Shown here: positions 38,989-46,669 of the stretch, one piece after another
How positions within the stretch are numbered: position 1 is the first letter of the stretch
How the letters are laid out: each line of letters starts with the position of its first letter
Source of the DNA: Alphaproteobacteria bacterium
Lineage (GTDB): Bacteria > Pseudomonadota > Alphaproteobacteria > JBFXJJ01
Direction of reading: 5' to 3'
Assembly: GCA_050175015.1 (NCBI GenBank)
Contig: JBFXJJ010000001.1
Location: forward strand, 96,001 to 160,000
DNA length: 64,000 bases
Notes under the pieces: generated by a model
Database searches by the model: none
The model's input: the letters and a program-made list of their open reading frames with translations, nothing else
Told to the model about the DNA's origin: nothing
Program-made: the position numbers and the translations under genes

Positions 38989-39702
38989 ATGCAAAACCAG
39001 AAATTAGAAGATATTCAAGCCAACATTTATGACTTTCTTGATAAAGCAAATAAGGTTCTACTGAAAGAAGACTCTCTTTTTTATGGCGGACAATATATAA
39101 CAGGTTGCCTTGAAAATCCTAAAATTCTTTTTATTGGTATTAATCCAGGTTTTGCAGCAAACGATGAATGGGGAGACCGTCCACATACTTTTAATCGGAA
39201 AACTTTTTCTCAAAAAGATTGTAAATATATTGAAGAAGCAAAACGAAAAAACTCTTTGGCTCTTAAAGTTGTTGAATATCTTCTAAATAACGAAAATGAT
39301 TTACTAAAAAAATGTGCTGAAACAAGTTTTAAATCTTTCTTTGCTACATCTAATGAAAACGGTATTGATGGCTCATTAAAAAATCTATCCTCCTCTGGAT
39401 TGCAAGTAGAACATCATAAAATTATGAACGATGCAATCAAAACAATTATAGAAGAAATTTCTCCTGAAAATATTGTATTTATTGGAAAAACAGTCTTTGA
39501 CAATTTTGTTTGTACCTTTGGTTGTAAAAAAACAGAAATAAAAGAAATGACTTCACTAAGCGGAAAAACAAAACGTATTTTTTATCAAAAAACGTTTTTT
39601 AACGGAATACCAACTCACGGGGTTTTACATTTATCTGGAGCTCAACCCTCTACTAAAATTTTGGACGAGCTAAAAAATATTTTTAAATCTGTAATTAGCT
39701 AA
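38989..39702 (+). CDS. Uracil-DNA-glycosylase-superfamily-like protein
   Basis: 'PKILFIGINPG' motif 1, 'PENIVFIGK', 'VLHLSG' motif 2; GGAGGAG RBS. Confidence 0.6.
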   Translation: MQNQKLEDIQANIYDFLDKANKVLLKEDSLFYGGQYITGCLENPKILFIGINPGFAANDEWGDRPHTFNRKTFSQKDCKYIEEAKRKNSLALKVVEYLLNNENDLLKKCAETSFKSFFATSNENGIDGSLKNLSSSGLQVEHHKIMNDAIKTIIEEISPENIVFIGKTVFDNFVCTFGCKKTEIKEMTSLSGKTKRIFYQKTFFNGIPTHGVLHLSGAQPSTKILDELKNIFKSVIS

Positions 39703-39719
39703 ACTTTTTTAAACGCCAT

Positions 39720-39750
39720 AAAAGAGCCTGCTTTAAAACAGGTTCTTTTT
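39720..39750. terminator. Bidirectional terminator
   Basis: AAAAGAGCCTG...CAGGTTCTTTT between convergent genes. Confidence 0.6.
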
Positions 39751-40113
39751 TTATGTTCTATAATGGCTATCGGTTTTGATGATATAGTTTTGTCTTAAAA
39801 GACCAAATTCGTTGATAATTTTTTGCATGATAGATTTTTTTAAAAGTTTTCTATCCGCATAGATATAAAACCGTTTTTCTGGCACATGATAAGAAACACG
39901 ACCTCTTGGCACTTCATCATATTCAAAATCATGAAAAACAGAAGAAAATCCTGTTTTAAGCTCCATCTCTTCCCAAAAATCCACATGCCCTTTATCGTGA
40001 ATTAAAAAAACACCATAAGAAACAGCATTATCAAGCAAAGTCTTATCACAAATAAGCTCCAAAGACTTAAACCAGAAAATGCCAACATAAATATTTTTAT
40101 TTGTATCTGTCAT
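39751..40113 (-). CDS. Hypothetical protein with GIFW, H..W, EY..PRGRV and D.HY motifs
   Basis: 120-aa ORF with enzyme-like polar motifs. Confidence 0.7.
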   Translation of the reverse strand: MTDTNKNIYVGIFWFKSLELICDKTLLDNAVSYGVFLIHDKGHVDFWEEMELKTGFSSVFHDFEYDEVPRGRVSYHVPEKRFYIYADRKLLKKSIMQKIINEFGLLRQNYIIKTDSHYRT

Positions 40114-40133
40114 ATATTAATAATAACAGCCAA

Positions 40134-40167
40134 TAACGTCACAAATGGACATGTTAGAAAACATAAT
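40134..40167 (+). promoter_or_regulatory. Putative DriD-type box plus -10 upstream of the MBL gene
   Basis: TAACGTC-N7-GACATGT, then CATAAT at 40162. Confidence 0.45.
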
Positions 40168-40234
40168 CTAAAAACATTTTAATGCTTTCATAATTGTCAT
40201 AATATTTAAGTTTATCTTTTAAAGGAGTTTTCTT

Positions 40235-41458
40235 ATGCTGAAAAAAAAGTTTTATGCCTTTGTAGATAACGTTGATATATTAAGTAAAAGCTCTAAAGGA
40301 AGAGTTTATATAGAATTCGACTGTATTAACGCAGAGGCTTATAAGATTGGTAATTTTAATTCCAAGCCAGATGCTTATGCCGTTTTAAGAATTGTTACAA
40401 CCAAAAAAAGACTACTTGATATAACATCAGAAAAAACTCTTCCTAAAACCTCTAGTTGGTGGGAAATAGGCGTTTCTTCTAATAAAAAGTGGTTGCCGAC
40501 TTGGTTTTCAAAATTGCAAGAAGATGGTTTTAGCTTTCCAATTAAATGTTATACGCATGGTTTAAAGCGAATTAAAGATGATGAAGATTACCCTAAAAGA
40601 AAAAGTTTAAGTGCGGCGGCGACAAAAAAGGTTATGTTAAGCGATGTTACTCAAGATTTTTGTATTGATAATTTAAGCAGAGAAAAATGTAATGCCTGCA
40701 AAATTTTATCAAAAATTAAACCGATTGACAAAATTATTATATATGATGTTGGACAAGCTAATTTTATTGCCCTTTTAAATAAAGATAATCAAAAAGAGCT
40801 TTATGTTGATGTTGGTTTCCCTCTCCCATTTAATTATAATACGATAAACAAAGCTATTACTGCAAAAGTTTCAAAATTACCTCAAGCAACGATTTTATTA
40901 ACTCATTGGGATTATGACCATATGAGTGCTGTTTTTAAAAATAACAATTTAAGAGAAAGTAACTGGGTTGTTCCTAATCAAAAAATAGGACCTAGCAAAT
41001 TTAAACTAGCAAAAGAGCTAGCAGATAGAGGAAAGCTCCACATATGGGACAATAGTAACAGTAACTGCCGAAAATATTTTAATTTTGGAGACATAAAACT
41101 AGCAACTGGAGATGATATAAATAATTCTGGTTTAATTCTAAATGTAAGGTTTAAGGATTTTTATAATGTACTAATGTCTGGAGATACAGATTATAGTAAT
41201 TGTCCTTTTAATCTCACTTTTGATGCAATTGTTGCTACTCATCATGGAGGAAGTTTTAATGGAAGATGTCCTTCGCCTAAAGGAGGATTAGGAATAAAAC
41301 ATAACTTTATAGATAAGGTTTATTTATCTTACGGCAAGGGTAATCGTTACAAACACCCTTCAAATGCAGCAACCAATCAATATATACGCAACGGTTGGAA
41401 AATAGAAAGAACAGCGAAAGATGTTTCTAAAAAAAGAGGTGATATTTCGATATCTTAA
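40235..41458 (+). CDS. MBL-fold hydrolase (ComEC/Rec2-like) with unknown N-terminal domain
   Basis: DVGQ, THWDYDH (HxDxDH), NNSG, SGD, HHGG, SYG.GNRYKHP; no TM segments or signal peptide. Confidence 0.82.
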   Translation: MLKKKFYAFVDNVDILSKSSKGRVYIEFDCINAEAYKIGNFNSKPDAYAVLRIVTTKKRLLDITSEKTLPKTSSWWEIGVSSNKKWLPTWFSKLQEDGFSFPIKCYTHGLKRIKDDEDYPKRKSLSAAATKKVMLSDVTQDFCIDNLSREKCNACKILSKIKPIDKIIIYDVGQANFIALLNKDNQKELYVDVGFPLPFNYNTINKAITAKVSKLPQATILLTHWDYDHMSAVFKNNNLRESNWVVPNQKIGPSKFKLAKELADRGKLHIWDNSNSNCRKYFNFGDIKLATGDDINNSGLILNVRFKDFYNVLMSGDTDYSNCPFNLTFDAIVATHHGGSFNGRCPSPKGGLGIKHNFIDKVYLSYGKGNRYKHPSNAATNQYIRNGWKIERTAKDVSKKRGDISIS

Positions 41459-41537
41459 TTGATATAAATGTTTTGCTCGCACATATTTGTTATAATAATG
41501 TTTTAATTTTAAAGATATTTTTTAAAAGAGGCTCTAT

Positions 41538-42485
41538 ATGCGGTATGAAAAGTCTGAAAACATTTCAAGATTAGCAATAAAAATGCAGTCTAATGCGGAA
41601 GGTCTTTCATTGGCAGATATTCAAAATGAATTTGGGGTTAGCAGACGAACCGCAGAACGTATGCGAGATGCCGTTTTACGGCTATATCCACAATACGAAG
41701 AAATTATAGATGGCAGAAGTAAACGCTGGAGAATTCCCTATGGCAGAGTAAATAATCCTGCCCTAACGGTTGATGAATTATCATCAATTGCCAAAGCGAT
41801 AAAACTAGCAGAGGAAATTGGACGAGAAGATATTTTTAAACATCTAAAATCAGCCCAGGATAAAATCAAAGCAACCATATCGCCTGATGCAATCAGAAAA
41901 GCAGAGCCAGACATTGAAGCAATTATCGAGGCTGAAGGTTATGCTATGCGTCCTGAGCCAAAAGAAAAAATCGATACTCATATTTTGGAAACATTGGTTT
42001 ATGCTATAAAAGCCTGTCGTAAAGTTAAAGTTGAATATCTTGGAGCAAATTCAGGTAAAATAAGCTTTCAAGTAATCTATCCTTATGGATTTACCTATGG
42101 AAGTCGAAAACGTTTGGTTCTTTATAATGAATATGCCGAAGATTTTTATACTTACCGTTTAGCTAACATAAAAAAAATCAAACTGCTTGATGAATGTTTT
42201 AAAAAAGACGCCAATTTTTCTTTAAAAAAATATGTTGAACAGTCTTTCGGAGCCTTTCAAGAACCTCCTCAAAAAGTTGTTTGGAGAGCCTCTCCCGAAA
42301 TTGCAGATGATGCCAAAAATTGGCTGTTTCACCCAACACAAACCATAGAAGAACAAGCTGACGGCTCTTTACTAATCACCTTTATCGCAGGTGGTTTTTT
42401 AGAAATGGCTTGGCATCTCTATACTTGGGACGGCAAAATGGAAGTCTTGGAACCAAAAGTTTTAAGAGATATGATTGATTTTTAA
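41538..42485 (+). CDS. driD: HTH-WYL-WCX transcription factor, DriD-like
   Basis: 'MRYEK...SNAEGLSL...GVSRRTAERMRDAV..YPQ', 'PDIEA', 'W.FHPTQ...DGSLLITF.AGG..EMAWHLYTW' match my recollection of Caulobacter DriD. Confidence 0.8.
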   Translation: MRYEKSENISRLAIKMQSNAEGLSLADIQNEFGVSRRTAERMRDAVLRLYPQYEEIIDGRSKRWRIPYGRVNNPALTVDELSSIAKAIKLAEEIGREDIFKHLKSAQDKIKATISPDAIRKAEPDIEAIIEAEGYAMRPEPKEKIDTHILETLVYAIKACRKVKVEYLGANSGKISFQVIYPYGFTYGSRKRLVLYNEYAEDFYTYRLANIKKIKLLDECFKKDANFSLKKYVEQSFGAFQEPPQKVVWRASPEIADDAKNWLFHPTQTIEEQADGSLLITFIAGGFLEMAWHLYTWDGKMEVLEPKVLRDMIDF

Positions 42486-42603
42486 ATGTTTAATCAGATA
42501 ATACTTTTTGCTTTCAAGAAAAAATATTTATACCTCTACACTTTAAATATCATATGACATATTAAACGTCTTATTATAAATAATATACAATTTTTTAGTT
42601 TCA

Positions 42604-42636
42604 CCCCTCACGATTGACTGTGAGGGGAGTTTTTTA
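42604..42636. terminator. Terminator between convergent driD and ykvA-like genes
   Basis: CCCCTCAC-N8-GTGAGGGG followed by a T run. Confidence 0.6.
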
Positions 42637-43008
42637 ATCTTTTTCTAACCATTTTTTATATTCTTTCAGTTCATCGCTCACCATTTTTAGGCAGACTGAT
42701 ATTACTGTAATATCATCTGTATAGCCAAAAATAGGGATAAAATCTGGTATCACATCAATAGGCATTAATAAGTAAATTAAGGCAAAAACTATTACACTTA
42801 AATTATTCCAATTAATGTTTTTATAAGTTCCGTCATAGTAATCTTTTGCTAGGTTAAACATTATTTTAACATCACTAGAAACAGAAGATAATATGCCATT
42901 TAGCATAGAAAACAATCGTTCTTCCTTCGCTATTAATTTATGTAAATCTTTTTTATTAACATTATTAGATTGCTTTGTTACAAGCTTTTTAGTTTTTTCA
43001 AAATTCAT
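42634..43008 (-). CDS. YkvA/DUF1232 family membrane protein (second paralogue)
   Basis: LIYLLMPIDVIPDFIPIFGYTDD. Confidence 0.88.
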   Translation of the reverse strand: MNFEKTKKLVTKQSNNVNKKDLHKLIAKEERLFSMLNGILSSVSSDVKIMFNLAKDYYDGTYKNINWNNLSVIVFALIYLLMPIDVIPDFIPIFGYTDDITVISVCLKMVSDELKEYKKWLEKD

Positions 43009-43030
43009 ATTAATTCTCCATTAAAATACA

Positions 43031-43089
43031 AAAAAAAGCCTGAACAACCAAATATTCAAGCTAAATTAATGATATATGTTTTAAAGAAA
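43031..43089 (+). repeat. ~58-bp imperfect direct repeat, copy 1
   Basis: AAAAAAAGCCTGAACAACCAAATATTCAAGCTAAATTAATGATATATGTTTTAAAGAAA; matches 44634-44690. Confidence 0.85.
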
Positions 43090-43248
43090 AAATAATTACG
43101 ATTAAAAATACATTTTTTATCAGTATTCTATCTTTATTACAAGTTTCGCTATCAAAACTGGCAACAATCTCTATCTTTTCTTTAATTGACTAAGTGATAT
43201 TCTTAGTTTTAATATAGTTAAATACAATTGAATAATTCGGAGAAAGCA

Positions 43249-44175
43249 ATGTCAGGAGCATACGCTCATATAGCAGCGGTACAAACACTAACATCAGGAA
43301 ACAACCTTGATGAAATAACTATGCCAAAATTATTAAAAAAAGCATTGAGTACGAACCCATCATTTTGCATTATGGGAGCTGTAAGTCCTGATTATCCTTA
43401 TCTTGATTTAACTAATCCAAGTTCTAGTAAATGGGCAGACGAAATGCATAATGGGGGAATGCAAAATATTATAAAATCTGGCATCAAATTAATAAAATGC
43501 CTTGAAAATAATGAAGAACTGGAAAAATGTTTGGCTTGGTTCTTTGGGTTTTTAGCGCATGTTGGAGTGGATATGACCATTCACCCTATAGTTGAAGGCA
43601 TTGCAGGTATTTATTCTTTGAGTAAAGAAAACCAGAGAAAACATCGCATTTGCGAAATGAACCAAGATGTTCATATTTGGCAAAAACTAAATTTGGGAAC
43701 AATCGGCAGATGTGAAATTATAGATAATATTAGATACTGCGATGATGATAAAAAAAATCTTTATGAACCAGTTAGATTGTTTTGGGATAGTATTTTAAGC
43801 TCAGCATATCCAGAGTTATACTCAACCAATAAACCAGATATAAACAAGTGGCACAAAAGCTTCTCTTATATAGTTGACATAGTAGAAGAAAGTCACGAAT
43901 GGCCTAGATTTGCACGACATGTTTCTGTTGATGCGGGATTGTCATATCCCTTGCCAAGTGAGGTTGACGATCAATATATTCAGAAATTAAAAACTCCTGA
44001 TGGTAAAATGTTAAGTTATGATGAAATTTTTAAAAAGGCTTTATCTAACGTAAATGGAATTTGGGTTAACATAGCGGAAGCTATAGAAAACGAAAAAAGT
44101 AGTTATATATCATCTTTATTAAGTTGGAATTTAGATAGAGGTTTAACAAGTTCAGGAGGATATTTATTTTGGTAG
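43249..44175 (+). CDS. Zinc-dependent phospholipase C family protein
   Basis: N-terminal 'MSGAYAH', GAVSPDYPY, DEMH, GFLAHVGVDMTIHP, HRICE...D. Confidence 0.75.
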   Translation: MSGAYAHIAAVQTLTSGNNLDEITMPKLLKKALSTNPSFCIMGAVSPDYPYLDLTNPSSSKWADEMHNGGMQNIIKSGIKLIKCLENNEELEKCLAWFFGFLAHVGVDMTIHPIVEGIAGIYSLSKENQRKHRICEMNQDVHIWQKLNLGTIGRCEIIDNIRYCDDDKKNLYEPVRLFWDSILSSAYPELYSTNKPDINKWHKSFSYIVDIVEESHEWPRFARHVSVDAGLSYPLPSEVDDQYIQKLKTPDGKMLSYDEIFKKALSNVNGIWVNIAEAIENEKSSYISSLLSWNLDRGLTSSGGYLFW

Positions 44176-44597
44176 CCATAATACGAAAAAAATTCATAAC
44201 AATTATCATCATAAGCCTTTTTGTTGTGTCGTGTTCTTGTGCATCTGCATTCAAAGGCATAAACTCCGAAAAAGTTGATGAGATTTCAGGGAAATTGATA
44301 CTTGTTTCAAAAATAGCTGATGGTGAATTACGTTATAGCGATAATACTTATTCATCAGATGAATTAAAAGATGTTGTATCTAGAAAAAATAAGCTTCTCT
44401 ACAATTATTTCAATGATTTTTATTTGGGCTTTAATATTGAAGGAAAACTCTCGTCCGTAATTGTTTGCGATAAAGAACGTAAATATATGATTGCTGAAGA
44501 TTCTAACTGCACAAGTAAACTTGATAAGAAAGACTCAACTCAAAGTCTTCCTTGCTCTTTTACTTTAAATCTAAATGAAATATGTGCTTATAAGTAG
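44169..44597 (+). CDS. Putative Cys-rich lipoprotein
   Basis: Basic N-terminus, hydrophobic stretch, VVSC lipobox-like; overlaps the PLC stop. Confidence 0.6.
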   Translation: MVAIIRKKFITIIIISLFVVSCSCASAFKGINSEKVDEISGKLILVSKIADGELRYSDNTYSSDELKDVVSRKNKLLYNYFNDFYLGFNIEGKLSSVIVCDKERKYMIAEDSNCTSKLDKKDSTQSLPCSFTLNLNEICAYK

Positions 44598-44633
44598 CAA
44601 CCTTATCCTTTTTATATTTTCAGAAACGTTGCT

Positions 44634-44690
44634 AAAAAAAGCCCGAACATCAAACGTTCAGGCTAAACTAATGATATATGTTTTAAGAAA
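44634..44690 (+). repeat. ~57-bp imperfect direct repeat, copy 2
   Basis: AAAAAAAGCCCGAACATCAAACGTTCAGGCTAAACTAATGATATATGTTTTAAGAAA. Confidence 0.85.
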
Positions 44691-44716
44691 GGGATTGCTG
44701 CGTCGCTGAAAATATT

Positions 44717-44828
44717 TTCCCGCCGTATTCCCGTTTTATAATTAGCGTTACTTCCCGTATTTGATTTTTATTTTTTGTCTGGAGCTGTTGAAAACAATCA
44801 TTTTGCTAAAGAAAAATTTCCCGCTTTT
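44717..44828 (+). repeat. Putative integrase arm-type sites (4 x TTCCCG[C/T])
   Basis: Copies at 44717, 44728, 44752 and 44818; the first pair mirrors 18942-18963. Confidence 0.7.
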
Positions 44829-45014
44829 TTCTGTAGGATTCTCGTCCGCCCGCCTTAACCCCGCCTGAGCATGCCTCTAAGCAAGAGTTATCAACGTTTT
44901 TTTCTGTTTAAGATTTTTGCTTTTGTTAATAGCAGAATTGGCTCTTGATGGCTCTATCCTTAAGTTTTTTGTATTTTGAGTTTGAAATGAAATTTCATTA
45001 AATTTTGAGCAACG

Positions 45015-45050
45015 AAAAAGCCTTGAAACCGTTGAGTTTCAAGGCTTTTT
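45015..45050 (-). terminator. Island-supplied terminator for tRNA-Lys
   Basis: Perfect 15-bp inverted repeat AAAAAGCCTTGAAAC/GTTTCAAGGCTTTTT directly after the CCA. Confidence 0.85.
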
Positions 45051-45052
45051 AT

Positions 45053-45128
<76 letters not shown>

Positions 45129-45271
45129 GCACCTTTTATGTTGTACATAATGATACAAACTCAAAAAAAATCAAGCAACTATTATTATAAAAAAAATTTA
45201 TTTAGCTTTTTTTCATTTTTAAGGTATTAATCATACTAATAAATTAGCAACAACGTTATAGGAAAATCTTT

Positions 45272-45892
45272 ATGGAACAGTTAGAAGCACAACAGTTAGA
45301 AAACATTAAGTTCTTAGTTAAACGTAATATTGATGCTAAAAACAAACTCTTAGAACAAAATATCATTCCATCTCAAATTTACAATTTAGCAAACATTTTT
45401 GCCGACACTTTTAAAAATGGCGGCAAACTTCTTTTTTGTGGCAATGGCGGCTCAGCTGCCGATGCCCAGCATCTTGCCGCTGAGTTCTTGATTCGCTTTC
45501 GTAAGGACGTTGTAAGACCACCATTACCAGCTATTGCCTTACATTTAGATGCGTCTTCTATTACTGCCTGTGGCAACGATTACGATTTCGAATCATATTA
45601 TTCACGTTTAGTTGAAGCTTTAGGAAGCAAAAATGATTGCCTAATAGGCATATCAACTTCAGGAAATTCTAAAAACATTTTAGACGCTATAAAAAAAGCT
45701 AAAGAAAAAGGCTTAAAAACAGCCGCTTTCTTAGGTTGTGATGGTGGAGAAATTGCCAAATTCTGCGATTATCCTATAATTGTTGATGAAAAAATCACCG
45801 CTGTGATTCAAGAAATCCATATTATGGTTGGTCACGCTTTAGTAGAAACAACTGAAAATATAATGATTAAAAAAAATTATTTTAATCATTAA
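45272..45892 (+). CDS. gmhA: Phosphoheptose isomerase (SIS domain)
   Basis: CGNGGSAADAQHLAAE; ND; STSGNS; IQEIH. Confidence 0.9.
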   Translation: MEQLEAQQLENIKFLVKRNIDAKNKLLEQNIIPSQIYNLANIFADTFKNGGKLLFCGNGGSAADAQHLAAEFLIRFRKDVVRPPLPAIALHLDASSITACGNDYDFESYYSRLVEALGSKNDCLIGISTSGNSKNILDAIKKAKEKGLKTAAFLGCDGGEIAKFCDYPIIVDEKITAVIQEIHIMVGHALVETTENIMIKKNYFNH

Positions 45893-45943
45893 AAAAAAAC
45901 GTTACTATTAATCAACAAAATTAATAACTTCAAAGATATAACA

Positions 45944-46669
45944 ATGATTAATAAAAAACCATACATAATAGTTGTAGATGATGACTTAATTACACGTGAA
46001 CTTTTAAATGATGTTTTGATAAAGCACGATTTTAAGGTTGATGTTTTTCGTGATGGACAGGAATTATTTAGAGCGTTAAAAACCAAAGTTCCCAATCTAA
46101 TTGTTTTGGATTTAATCCTGCCTGGAGATGATGGGTTAACCATTTTAAAAAAACTGCGTGAAAACAGTAATATTCCAGTAATTATGCTTACCACAGCCAA
46201 TGAAGACGTCGACAAAATCATTGGCATTGAAATGGGAGCGGACGATTACCTTGGAAAGCCATTTAACCCTAGAGAACTTGTTGCCAGAATTAAATCGGTT
46301 TTAAGAAGAACTTTAGTTCAAAAAATGTCTTCTGTTGAATCAGCAGAAGGAATTATATCTTTTGAAACTTTCACTCTAGATAGTTTTAAACATAAACTCC
46401 TAAAGAATGATGTCGAAATAAACTTAAGCTCTGGTGAATATGAAATGTTACTTATTTTCATTAAACACGCAGGACGAGTTTTAACGAGAGAACAGCTTTT
46501 ATATTATTTACGTGGCGAAGAAGCTACTCCTTTTGATCGTTCGATTGACATTCAAGTAAGCCGTCTCAGGAAAAAAATTGAAGAAGACAGTGCTGACCCC
46601 AAAATTATCACAACAGTAAGAGGCGGCGGCTATATTTTTGTCCCGCAAACCACAAAAACTCTAAAGTAA
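45944..46669 (+). CDS. OmpR-family response regulator
   Basis: REC (DD, D, T, KPF) plus wHTH 'DRSIDIQVSRLRKK...TVRGGGY'. Confidence 0.95.
   Translation: MINKKPYIIVVDDDLITRELLNDVLIKHDFKVDVFRDGQELFRALKTKVPNLIVLDLILPGDDGLTILKKLRENSNIPVIMLTTANEDVDKIIGIEMGADDYLGKPFNPRELVARIKSVLRRTLVQKMSSVESAEGIISFETFTLDSFKHKLLKNDVEINLSSGEYEMLLIFIKHAGRVLTREQLLYYLRGEEATPFDRSIDIQVSRLRKKIEEDSADPKIITTVRGGGYIFVPQTTKTLK

Noticed and set aside
26206-42627. Shared GTGAGGG/CCCTCAC core in two hairpins as a repeat family
   Set aside because: Only 7 bp, with arms in opposite order; plausibly coincidental terminators
43031-44690. Integron attC sites flanking a cassette
   Set aside because: No RYYYAAC...GTTRRRY ends; the integrase is arm-domain type, not IntI
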